Origin: a virus
Lineage: Duplodnaviria; Caudoviricetes
Direction: 5' to 3' (one strand)
Length of the DNA: 64,000 bases
Virus record (IMG/VR): IMGVR_UViG_3300032216_000903
Location: 30,796-94,795 of that record
The translations under genes and the position numbers were made by a program. A model generated the notes under the pieces. That model had not been told where the DNA came from. It saw only the letters and a list, made by a program, of their open reading frames with translations, and did no database searches. Of this stretch, positions 47,674 to 56,179 are shown one piece after another (positions within the stretch are counted from its first letter, which is position 1; every line of letters begins with the position of its first letter).

Positions 47674-47979
47674 ATGAAACAAAAATACGTACGACTGACC
47701 AAATTGAAGCCAGTCGAGAATCCTCTGGTACCTACGCCGCTCGCTGAGGACTATGTGTCCGGTCAAGACAACGGCGCCGTCAGTCTGCCGATCGACTACT
47801 GGGTGACTGGGACTCTGTACGAAGATCCTCAGGTCGGTCTGCCGATTCGAGTCCGGCGCGACTGTCGAAACGGCGAATGGATCGACGGCACGCTGACGAC
47901 CAGTCCAGTGCAGAGGATCGACGGCGACATGATCTACACGGCAAACTCCGTTTATAAACTGGAAGAGGTGATCAAGTGA
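47674..47979 (+). CDS. hypothetical protein
   Basis: TTSPV...TANSVY pattern. Confidence 0.7.
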   Translation: MKQKYVRLTKLKPVENPLVPTPLAEDYVSGQDNGAVSLPIDYWVTGTLYEDPQVGLPIRVRRDCRNGEWIDGTLTTSPVQRIDGDMIYTANSVYKLEEVIK

Positions 47980-48227
47980 AGATCGAAGTATATCAAGGAT
48001 GCACGGCAAATGACACCGTGATCGATGGAAAGTCTGTCAATGACATGACGAGTTCCGAGCGGGACATGATTATTGAGGAACTTTTGCAGAAGGCAAAAGA
48101 AGCGATCATGAGGAATGAAGTGCAGATGATCGATCTCATTGAGATGTTTCAATACGACGAATTCAAGATGGGCTCGACGTGTGATCAGTGTGGAGACAAC
48201 GTGATGACGACGACATACAACATATGA
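47976..48227 (+). CDS. hypothetical protein (CDQCGD)
   Basis: GTGA-coupled ORF. Confidence 0.7.
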   Translation: MKIEVYQGCTANDTVIDGKSVNDMTSSERDMIIEELLQKAKEAIMRNEVQMIDLIEMFQYDEFKMGSTCDQCGDNVMTTTYNI

Positions 48228-48442
48228 TTCAAGCACTGTCATGGATCATCTGCGTCCTGAGCATCGCCACGGTCCTGTTCGCCGTTCATAAGAATCGCAA
48301 GTGCTGGTCGATCGGCCTCGTGTCGGCTCTGCTCTCGATCGTGTATTCATATGCCACTCGTCAACCGGCGATGGTCGTCCTCAATGTCGCCTTCGCGTTC
48401 TTCAACGTGTGGGGCCTCATCAAATGGAAAGGAAAACAGTAA
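48224..48442 (+). CDS. PnuC-like half-size membrane protein
   Basis: 3 TM segments; K...W.IG...; N.WGLIKW. Confidence 0.55.
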   Translation: MIQALSWIICVLSIATVLFAVHKNRKCWSIGLVSALLSIVYSYATRQPAMVVLNVAFAFFNVWGLIKWKGKQ

Positions 48443-48443
48443 C

Positions 48444-48584
48444 ATGAATGGCAAAGGATCCAAAGCCCGTCCGCTCTCCGTCAAACCCGACGAATTCGCC
48501 TCCAACTGGGATGCCGCGTTCGGTCCCAAGAAGAAGGCCAAAAAAGCGACTCCGATCGCCAAGGAAGCGCCTCCCAAGCGCTAA
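48444..48584 (+). CDS. small phage protein (GKGS..RP...F..NWD..F)
   Basis: recurrent phage micro-protein pattern. Confidence 0.6.
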   Translation: MNGKGSKARPLSVKPDEFASNWDAAFGPKKKAKKATPIAKEAPPKR

Positions 48585-48599
48585 TTCAGCCCCATTTCG

Positions 48600-48685
48600 T
48601 GTGCAAGTCGTTGATATTCAACGACGAAATTCTTTCATTTTCTTGTGTACATTTACGAAGAATGTGATATACTTATATCAGAATG
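48600..48685 (+). promoter_or_regulatory. repeated early promoter cassette, copy 5 (perfect palindrome gtcgttga-tat-tcaacgac)
   Basis: near-identical to the other copies. Confidence 0.85.
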
Positions 48686-48982
48686 AAACAACGCAAACAC
48701 AGCGAACGAGCAAACAAAGTCCAACACTTCCTTCACCGCCTGCCCGACGGAAGCAAATTCGGTAGCGGTCCTCGCGAGCAGATGCTGGAGATCTCTCACT
48801 TCACGGATCGAGTTCGTCTCAAGCTCACGATGCCTCAGGTCTCTAGCAAGCCGCTGGTCGACGAGGAAATTGCTCCGGCGATCTACGAGCAGACCAAGGA
48901 CATCCTCACTCGCGGATGCACCCTCCTTCACACGTTCATCCTTAACAAGGTTGGGATGTACGAGCAGACCAAACACATCTGA
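48683..48982 (+). CDS. early hypothetical protein
   Basis: ATG after the cassette. Confidence 0.65.
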   Translation: MKQRKHSERANKVQHFLHRLPDGSKFGSGPREQMLEISHFTDRVRLKLTMPQVSSKPLVDEEIAPAIYEQTKDILTRGCTLLHTFILNKVGMYEQTKHI

Positions 48983-48986
48983 TTCT

Positions 48987-49238
48987 ATGAAGACCTGCTC
49001 CTGCGGAAGGTTTATTCCGATCGAACGGATCGAGCTCGGATATCGATGCTGCGTGGTATGCGGCGAGACTCTGGCTCGAATGAAGCGGCCTATGGGCTAT
49101 CCTCACTACGGTCACAAGACGGCCGGCGCGATCGTGGTCACGACGAAAGCCGGTTTTCAAAACTATGCAAAGGTGTCATCTCGCAAAGGCAAGAACTGCA
49201 ACATGGGCTTTGCTTCTCGAGTCGGCACAAGATTCTAA
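48987..49238 (+). CDS. DksA/TraR-like C4 Zn-finger small protein
   Basis: CSCGRFIPIERIELGYRCCVVC. Confidence 0.55.
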   Translation: MKTCSCGRFIPIERIELGYRCCVVCGETLARMKRPMGYPHYGHKTAGAIVVTTKAGFQNYAKVSSRKGKNCNMGFASRVGTRF

Positions 49239-49249
49239 AAAATAACTTT

Positions 49250-49648
49250 ATGACAGACGACATATATGACATGGCTCGCATATCGTGCGAGGAGATCTAC
49301 GAAACATCCGAGATTCAGGCTCAGCTTGACTGGGAGGCGGCCAACATGAAGGAGCCGCGGATCAATCATCCGGACACCAGCATGATCGGCACTCACCTGC
49401 AGGGGCACATCATGGCGACGCGGGAGCAGCTCGAGGCGTGCCTCGGACCGATCAAGAAGGAGTACGGCGACAAGGTCTGCGGCCTCTGGACCCTTGAGCA
49501 GGACGGCGTGGTCGCGACCATCTACGACTGGAAAGAGGACTCGATCCCGACGAATATATACAACTGGCACATCGGCGGTCGGCGCAAAGACGCGATCGAC
49601 CTCGTAGAACGCCTGACCGGCATGCAAGCAACATCGTTTAGCATATGA
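49250..49648 (+). CDS. hypothetical protein
   Basis: GT.LQG..ATIYDWK..WHIGG phage pattern. Confidence 0.7.
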   Translation: MTDDIYDMARISCEEIYETSEIQAQLDWEAANMKEPRINHPDTSMIGTHLQGHIMATREQLEACLGPIKKEYGDKVCGLWTLEQDGVVATIYDWKEDSIPTNIYNWHIGGRRKDAIDLVERLTGMQATSFSI

Positions 49649-49910
49649 AAAAGAGACTCGAAGAAGCCCTCACACTCGTCGCCCTGATCGCGTTCTTTGC
49701 CTTCATGGCATTCTACGTGGTCTTTCACCTCACAAACATGTAACATATGACACAGGATCAAATCATCGAAACACTCAAGGAACAGCTCCGCGACACGCGA
49801 TTCATGCTCAGGCTCTGGACCTCTGAGGTCAAGGTCGGCAAGGCGGCAGCAGAACGATTCAACGAAGAGATCGAAAAGATCACCAAGACGCTCGAGGACG
49901 TCATCAAAAA

Positions 49911-50123
49911 ATGAGTCGAGAGATTGTCATTTCGAAGAAACTCAAGAAGCAGTTCGACGAGGGAGTGAATCAGATTCAAATCCTCGAGGAGGCTCAGAGT
50001 ATTATCTATCGACGCCTCTTGGCCACTCTGAAGATCGAGGACGAGACGCCTCAGGCAGACGCGATCTTTGACCTGGCGTTCAATCGCACGCCCCACGTCA
50101 AGGAGTGGATCAAGTTCGTATGA
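49911..50123 (+). CDS. hypothetical protein (paralog of 50530-50706)
   Basis: NQIQILEEA..LKI..P....F...FNR. Confidence 0.65.
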   Translation: MSREIVISKKLKKQFDEGVNQIQILEEAQSIIYRRLLATLKIEDETPQADAIFDLAFNRTPHVKEWIKFV

Positions 50124-50434
50124 ACGTCAAGCCTCCGTCCTCACGTCAGATCGCCACGGCCGACATCGTGTCTTGGCTTCTCGATCACACTCACCGCTTC
50201 ACGGCGCCGTATGGTGTCGTCTCAAAGCTGGATTCCGTGCTATCTGGACGCAAGGTTAGAACCGTTGCCTTCGGAGTGGCCGGAACTCTAGACGCGGTCA
50301 TACAAGTCTGGTCTCCCACTCGAATTCGCATCTGGGCTACTGGACATGATTCTCGTAAATTCGATTCCGTTCCGAATGGAACGTTCACGTCCGTCAGCGA
50401 CTTCAAGGAACGCATGACGGACCTCTTCCTGTAA
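50120..50434 (+). CDS. hypothetical protein
   Basis: ATGA-coupled ORF. Confidence 0.6.
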   Translation: MNVKPPSSRQIATADIVSWLLDHTHRFTAPYGVVSKLDSVLSGRKVRTVAFGVAGTLDAVIQVWSPTRIRIWATGHDSRKFDSVPNGTFTSVSDFKERMTDLFL

Positions 50435-50529
50435 ACCGCTCGAAGCATAAATAACTTCAGCGGGCGAAGTGGATCTCAGATCCCAGAGTAGGCTCTAATC
50501 GGCCGAGCAATTCACCCGCTTTTAATTTT

Positions 50530-50706
50530 ATGGCGCTGCCCCTCGACGAGAATCAGATTCTAATCCTCAAGGAGGCCAGGCGAGAGATTCTGGCCCTCGA
50601 TAAGCAGCAGCTCAAGGTCTTCAAGAAGCTGCTCAAGGACCTCAAGATCAAGTCGCAGTCTCCCGAGTCTGCCCTCGTCTTCGAGTACGTCTTCAATCGT
50701 AAGTAA
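50530..50706 (+). CDS. small hypothetical protein, not in the ORF track
   Basis: 58-aa ORF with phage-like codons; paralog of 49911. Confidence 0.65.
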   Translation: MALPLDENQILILKEARREILALDKQQLKVFKKLLKDLKIKSQSPESALVFEYVFNRK

Positions 50707-50934
50707 GCGCTCAGGGTTTCTTTCTTTCACTATTTTACACGGGATGAGCAGGATCCCGTATAGATACTTCTGTCTTCTTCAGCTCGCATCAGCACAACAA
50801 ACAATCGATTGAAGGTAACATCCTTCACCTAGACTATCAGGGAGATCTGCTCACAGCCGGTGATAGTCAAGGCTTCGTAATTCTCTCCTTCTTTCTAGTG
50901 TACAACTGACAGCGACTGGAGTATTATTATGTGC

Positions 50935-51108
50935 ATGAATAAGAAGCGTATCAAGAAGAAGTCTCCGGCACAGGAGGCGGCTGACCTTATTCGTAAACCC
51001 GTCCCACCTCCCGGCCACGCTCATGAGACGGCAAAGGACTACAAGCGTCGGCCTAAACATCGTAAACCCATCACGGAAGATAATTATGACACCCAAGCAA
51101 GTGAGTAA
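50935..51108 (+). CDS. small basic protein with ArfA-like KxYxRxxKH motif, not in the ORF track
   Basis: 57-aa ORF directly after a GTGTACA..TATTAT promoter. Confidence 0.55.
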   Translation: MNKKRIKKKSPAQEAADLIRKPVPPPGHAHETAKDYKRRPKHRKPITEDNYDTQASE

Positions 51109-51343
51109 GAAACGTGAAGCGTTGATCAAACGCCTTCGCACCAATCCAACGACGACCGTCACCTTCACCAAGGTAGATGGATCCAAACGCGTCATGAACT
51201 GCACGCTGATGGAGGGACACATTCCGGTGATGGAATCGACGTCCGAGCGTAAGGAGAACAAAGACGTAGTCGTGGTGTTTGACCTCGACAAGGGTCAGTG
51301 GCGTTCCTTCCGTGTGGACTCCGTTCAGTCAACAACCAAATAA
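51086..51343 (+). CDS. SH3/WYL-like (DUF2693-type) protein
   Basis: VTFTKVDGS.R.M.CTL..VFDLDK..WRSFR. Confidence 0.75.
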   Translation: MTPKQVSKKREALIKRLRTNPTTTVTFTKVDGSKRVMNCTLMEGHIPVMESTSERKENKDVVVVFDLDKGQWRSFRVDSVQSTTK

Positions 51344-51351
51344 ATCATATC

Positions 51352-51600
51352 ATGACCGTCGCGATACTTCCAGTACTAAACAAGCAATCGTTGGCCGAAA
51401 AAGTCGAACTCCTCGTGCAACGCGAGAAGATGAGATATGCCGAAGCGGTCGTCCACATCTGTGACGAACACGGCATCGATCCGATCGACATGGCCAAGAT
51501 CATCTCGGCTTCTCCGCTGAAGGCTAAGATCGAGAGGGAGTGCATCAAACTCAACACGGTCAGGGGCAAAAAACGTTCATCAACCGCAGTCATCCTTTAA
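51352..51600 (+). CDS. 33: late transcription coactivator gp33
   Basis: Y.EAVV.IC....ID....LKAKIE; synteny 33-59-32. Confidence 0.8.
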   Translation: MTVAILPVLNKQSLAEKVELLVQREKMRYAEAVVHICDEHGIDPIDMAKIISASPLKAKIERECIKLNTVRGKKRSSTAVIL

Positions 51601-51601
51601 C

Positions 51602-51940
51602 ATGCAACAAATCAGCAATGGTAAAATCGCAGAGGCACAAGACATGGATCCGGCCGATCGGGCTCTGATTCAGTCATATGTGGAAAAATACGTCAACACG
51701 GGTGTTCAGCCTACCGATAAGGACAGGGCGACGATGATCGAGTTGACTCGAAAGTACAACATCCGCGTGAATCGCAATCCTCGGCCGATCGTGTCTAGGT
51801 TCCTCAAGGTTCGCGAGAATCTGGCAAACGAAGACGGATCTGGAATTCCCTACGTGGCTCCTCCCAAAGAGCTCTCGAAGAACGGTCGCAAGAAGCTGAA
51901 CGCGAAGATTCGCAAGCAAGAAAATCGTGATCGTCACTGA
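51602..51940 (+). CDS. hypothetical protein
   Basis: ORF. Confidence 0.6.
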   Translation: MQQISNGKIAEAQDMDPADRALIQSYVEKYVNTGVQPTDKDRATMIELTRKYNIRVNRNPRPIVSRFLKVRENLANEDGSGIPYVAPPKELSKNGRKKLNAKIRKQENRDRH

Positions 51941-52544
51941 GAAAATAACGCCCCTTCAGGCTTGGCATCTGGCCACTTCAATCAAGCTCCACTTCGATGG
52001 AAAGCTTGACGCCGTGAAGTACCGCTTCAAGATGCCAAGCCTGACTCAGAAGGCATTCGATGTCCGCAAGGATCGATATCACTTCGAGAAGCTGGCTCGC
52101 AAGCACTCAGACTTCAACGAGTGCGTGTGGTACTGCGCGTCGAATGTGATGGCCGGAAACAAGTGGATCGGCGACATGAACGAGGAGCCGCTCGTGGAAC
52201 TTCGTGCTTGGCACGAGTCCATGAACTATCGATTCGAGCAGGAGATGAAGGCGCTCGCCGAGTCCGGTGAGACCTTCGACGGCCTGCTCCTCGACACGAC
52301 TCAGGAGGGCAAGCCTCCTCGTCTGCTTCAGTCGTACGCCTCGGGCAAGACGTCGATTCACACGGCCGCGATCATTCAATGCCTCACCAAGTTCATCGAG
52401 CGGGAGATGCCCAAGGTCAAGGATCCGCTGAGCATGTGGGAAGAACACTCTACTCGAGTGAAGGCGTACGGGCGCATCCTCGAGCAGAGCCTTCATCAGC
52501 CCACGATGAAAGGCATCGTAATTCGGACCTTTACTTCGGTCTAA
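51927..52544 (+). CDS. 59: helicase loader gp59
   Basis: IKLHF...D..KY; RKDRY.FEKL; synteny. Confidence 0.85.
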   Translation: MIVTEKITPLQAWHLATSIKLHFDGKLDAVKYRFKMPSLTQKAFDVRKDRYHFEKLARKHSDFNECVWYCASNVMAGNKWIGDMNEEPLVELRAWHESMNYRFEQEMKALAESGETFDGLLLDTTQEGKPPRLLQSYASGKTSIHTAAIIQCLTKFIEREMPKVKDPLSMWEEHSTRVKAYGRILEQSLHQPTMKGIVIRTFTSV

Positions 52545-52630
52545 AATAGTTTAGTATAGATAATGTTGGCGCCGAATGAGTGTTCGGCAATACTAACATA
52601 CAACGCAACACACAAAATACACTGATACAT

Positions 52631-53575
52631 ATGTCATTCGCTTCATTAAAAGCAAATCGCACGGCTTCCATGAGTAAGCTCTTGGCTGCCGCGGATAAAC
52701 TCAACACGAACAAGTACGAAGCCGACGATCGCTACTGGTCGCCGACCGTCGACAAGGCCGGCAACGGCTACGCGGTCATTCGCTTCCTTCCGGCTGGCGA
52801 GGGTGAAGACGTCGCATGGGTCCGCTTCTGGGATCACGGCTTCAAGGGACCGACCGGTCGCTGGTACATCGAAAACTCTCTGACCTCGATCGGAGCTACC
52901 GATCCGGTGTCGGAACTCAACTCGAAGCTGTGGAACGCTTCATCGGACGACAACTCTCCCGAGCGCAAGCAAGCTCGTTCTCAGAAGCGTCGCCTTCACT
53001 ACGTCGCAAACATCTTGGTCGTCTCGGATCCGGGCAATCCGGCCAACGAGGGCAAGACGTTCCTGTTCAAGTTCGGCAAGAAGATCTGGGACAAGATCGA
53101 CGACTTGATGCATCCTCAGTTTCCGGGAGATCAGGCCGTGAATCCCTTCGACTTCTGGGGCGGCGCAAACTTCAAGCTGAAGATCCGTCAGGTCGAGGGC
53201 TATCGTAACTACGACAAGTCCGAGTTCGAAGCTCCGACTCAACTGTACAACGGAGACGATAAGCAGCTGGAAGCGCTGTACAAGCAGCTCCAGCCCCTCA
53301 AGGACATCATCGATCCCAAAAACTATAAGACCTATAACGAGCTCAAGAAGAAGCTGGTAGACGTCTTGGGTGACGCGGCAATCGACGGTCCGGCTACGGC
53401 TGAAGACGTCGAAGAGCTGCCCACTCCTGCTCCTCGTCGTTCCGCTCCGGCTCCTGAGCCCGGTCCGACGGCGGCTACGGAAGAAGAGGTCGTCGACGGC
53501 CTGTCTGGAACGTCTGACGAAGACGATGACGGCGGCAAGGGCATGAGCTACTTCGCCAAGTTGGCCAACTCGTAA
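52631..53575 (+). CDS. 32: single-stranded DNA-binding protein gp32
   Basis: GNGYAVIRFLP, WYIEN, YRNYD, acidic tail, SYFAKLA. Confidence 0.96.
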   Translation: MSFASLKANRTASMSKLLAAADKLNTNKYEADDRYWSPTVDKAGNGYAVIRFLPAGEGEDVAWVRFWDHGFKGPTGRWYIENSLTSIGATDPVSELNSKLWNASSDDNSPERKQARSQKRRLHYVANILVVSDPGNPANEGKTFLFKFGKKIWDKIDDLMHPQFPGDQAVNPFDFWGGANFKLKIRQVEGYRNYDKSEFEAPTQLYNGDDKQLEALYKQLQPLKDIIDPKNYKTYNELKKKLVDVLGDAAIDGPATAEDVEELPTPAPRRSAPAPEPGPTAATEEEVVDGLSGTSDEDDDGGKGMSYFAKLANS

Positions 53576-53594
53576 GTTTACAGCCTTGGGAATC

Positions 53595-53624
53595 AAGCCT
53601 CGGACGAAAGTCCGAGGCTTTTTT
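53595..53624 (+). terminator. rho-independent terminator between convergent genes
   Basis: aagcctcggac-gaaa-gtccgaggctt followed by U tract. Confidence 0.9.
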
Positions 53625-53629
53625 GTTGC

Positions 53630-55966
53630 TCAGATAGCAGGAGCGAGGATCAGAGCCGTCGAGCGATCTGGCATCCAGTTGTTGTTGACGACCACGGAAG
53701 ACACTTTATTCGAGATGGCTTTTGCTCCAGTCTTGATTATAGCACCGGGACCGCCGGCGCCGGCAATGCCGCGCTGAGAGGCGAGCTCGGCTCCCTGTGC
53801 TCCTCCCGTGCTCAGATCGAGGCCAGAAGATGAAGGCATACCCTTCATCGCCTTATTGATTCGTTCGAGGGCCGTCGCCGTCTTATCGAGCTTGTCAGAC
53901 GCTTCGGCGAGCTTCATGATCTGATCGATCGGACTCGTGCCAGTCAACTTGCCGATTATTCCACCTACGGCGCCGATCATACCGGCGGCAGATGACGCGG
54001 CAGCAAAAGTAACTAGAGCCGCAGAGATTGCAGCGATTCCGGCGGCGGCTTTGAATAGTCCAGGACCAGTTTTGGCCAAGCCCATGAGCTGCGAGACGCC
54101 TTCTACGGCCGACTTGACCATCAATTCAAATGCTTTGGCCAGAAGCATGACTCCTTCTCCAGCGAGCTTGGCCGCATATCCAAACTCAATCAGAATGAGT
54201 CCAATACCAGCAAGCGCAGCCATACCCACCCAAAAAATTGGATCAGCCGCAATTGCTCCGAGCTCCGTGATGGCCATGCCTAAACCTCGAGAAAACTTCT
54301 TGAGCATGCCGATTGACTTATCGAGGGCGCCGCTCATCGCGGCGAATACCTTAAATGCTCCGCCAAACATCTTCATGATTAACAGTCCAAAGAGCACCTT
54401 GCCCCAAGAGATCTGACCAAACGTCTGAAGTCCGGTGGCAAACTTATGAAATGCCTCGATCGTCTGTCTAGACTTTCTAGAGCCGATGGCGTCGCCGAGA
54501 CTATCGACGGCTTTGCCAAAAGCACTAAAGAGAGGAGACATCATCCTCAGCGCAATCAGGCCATAGAAGACGTCTTTCCATTTGATCTCAGAGAAGCCCT
54601 TCAGCGCCGAGAGCAAAGATTCGAGAGACTCAAACGATTCTTTATAGCGAGCCAGTCCTTCGACGGCTTCTCCTGCGGCCTTGAATCCATTTGCCGCTAG
54701 GCGAATGAGCTTTGGCAAGATTGCCATCATCACAAAGCCTAAAGTCACCTTACTCCATGAAATTTCAGAGAAAGTTTTTAAGGATTGCGAGAGCGCATTG
54801 AACGCAGTAAAGTCTTTTTCAACCGTATATAGATCCTTGATCGCCGCGGCAAAAGCTTTGAATCCAGCCTTGGCTTCTTTGAATGTAGTGGAAAGATTTT
54901 TGATCTGTTCCATTCCATAGCGAACGTCGTCCCATTCGATGATGGAGAAACTTTCGAGGGCCTGTGACAGCTGAGCAAAGGCACCAAAGTCTTTGCTCGA
55001 TTCGGCCAGATCCTTTACGACTTTACGAAATGCGGCAAATGAAGACTTAGCGGCTTTGAATACGTCTCCGAGCGATGCCATCTTCTTCATGCCGATAGTC
55101 ACTCCGGCCCAATCGATATTGGAGAATAGCTGCAGAGCCTGTGATAGTAGCGCAAACGCGTCGAAGTCTTTACTCGACGTATATAGATCCTGGATTGACT
55201 TACTAAACGCCTTGATGCCGCTCTTAGCATTTTTGAAGAGCACATCGAGTTTGGATAACTCTTTAAGCCCGACAGCCACACTCGCCCAAGCTACTTCTGA
55301 GAATATCTGAAGAGCCGATGATAGCGCTCTGAGTGCTTCGAAGTCGGCTTCCGATTCCGCGAGTCCAACGACCTCGACACGAATCGCATAGATCGCATCA
55401 TCAAATGATTGAAATACCTTTGAAAATATGTTAATCGCCTTTAATCCAGTATTGAGCATAGCCCAAGGGATTTGAGCAAATGTCGTTAGAGCTTCACTTA
55501 AGAGACCAAATACGGCGATGTCACCTTCAGAATCACCAAGAACTGTAAGTGATATGGCAAAATCTTCAAGAGGTTTACTGGCCTTCGTAAATGCTTCACC
55601 GAGGGAAGAGAGGGCTTTAAGCCCAATTTTAACTTGAGCCCATTCAATCTTAGCAAAGGCCGTTATGCCCTTAGATAGCTCCGTGAATGCCGACGCATTC
55701 TGTTTGGTCTCAGCACCCATTCCCGAAAGAGCCTTAGCGACCTTTTCGAATGCACCAGATCCTTCAGTCCCGTTGCCGGCCAACTTACCAAATGAATTTA
55801 ATCCAGCTTCAGCTCCAGCTCCAAACTTGGACCAATCGATGCTCGCGTAGTTGCTAAGAGCCTTCGTCAGATTCGTTAGCTCTTCAATACCTGCAGCACC
55901 CTTAAGAGAGACACCGGCAGTTTTAATCTGCGAGACAAAATCTTTTACATTAAAGGTGTCGGCCAT
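53630..55966 (-). CDS. tail tape-measure-like protein (gp29 position)
   Basis: long helical protein with periodic F..LS.AL..F..I.W repeats; follows 26/51. Confidence 0.7.
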   Translation of the reverse strand: MADTFNVKDFVSQIKTAGVSLKGAAGIEELTNLTKALSNYASIDWSKFGAGAEAGLNSFGKLAGNGTEGSGAFEKVAKALSGMGAETKQNASAFTELSKGITAFAKIEWAQVKIGLKALSSLGEAFTKASKPLEDFAISLTVLGDSEGDIAVFGLLSEALTTFAQIPWAMLNTGLKAINIFSKVFQSFDDAIYAIRVEVVGLAESEADFEALRALSSALQIFSEVAWASVAVGLKELSKLDVLFKNAKSGIKAFSKSIQDLYTSSKDFDAFALLSQALQLFSNIDWAGVTIGMKKMASLGDVFKAAKSSFAAFRKVVKDLAESSKDFGAFAQLSQALESFSIIEWDDVRYGMEQIKNLSTTFKEAKAGFKAFAAAIKDLYTVEKDFTAFNALSQSLKTFSEISWSKVTLGFVMMAILPKLIRLAANGFKAAGEAVEGLARYKESFESLESLLSALKGFSEIKWKDVFYGLIALRMMSPLFSAFGKAVDSLGDAIGSRKSRQTIEAFHKFATGLQTFGQISWGKVLFGLLIMKMFGGAFKVFAAMSGALDKSIGMLKKFSRGLGMAITELGAIAADPIFWVGMAALAGIGLILIEFGYAAKLAGEGVMLLAKAFELMVKSAVEGVSQLMGLAKTGPGLFKAAAGIAAISAALVTFAAASSAAGMIGAVGGIIGKLTGTSPIDQIMKLAEASDKLDKTATALERINKAMKGMPSSSGLDLSTGGAQGAELASQRGIAGAGGPGAIIKTGAKAISNKVSSVVVNNNWMPDRSTALILAPAI

Positions 55967-55972
55967 ATTAGT

Positions 55973-56179
55973 TTATTTGTATTTACTATTTATGGCTTCG
56001 ACCTCTTTCTTTTGCCTCTCGTTCTCCTTTTTGACGTGCTCGATCAGGAGGGCGACGTATATCTCCCTCTCCCACGGCAGCATCTCATTGAGTTCCGTGA
56101 GGCTGTATCCGTGCCGCTGCGCCATCTCAAAGTTCACGGTGTAGTGATTGGCGAGCGTATCGTGGGAGAGGCCTAGACG
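55973..56179 (-). CDS. 51: baseplate hub assembly protein gp51 (frame open to 56179; first ATG at 56125)
   Basis: LSHDTL.NHY..NF.M.Q.H.YSLTELNEMLPWEREIYV; not in the ORF track. Confidence 0.75.
   Translation of the reverse strand, partial: RLGLSHDTLANHYTVNFEMAQRHGYSLTELNEMLPWEREIYVALLIEHVKKENERQKKEVEAINSKYK

Noticed and set aside
16731-48685. CRISPR array or IS ends suggested by the repeated ~90-bp element
   Set aside because: The copies are dispersed, contain -35/-10 boxes and a start codon, and have no regular spacers or transposase
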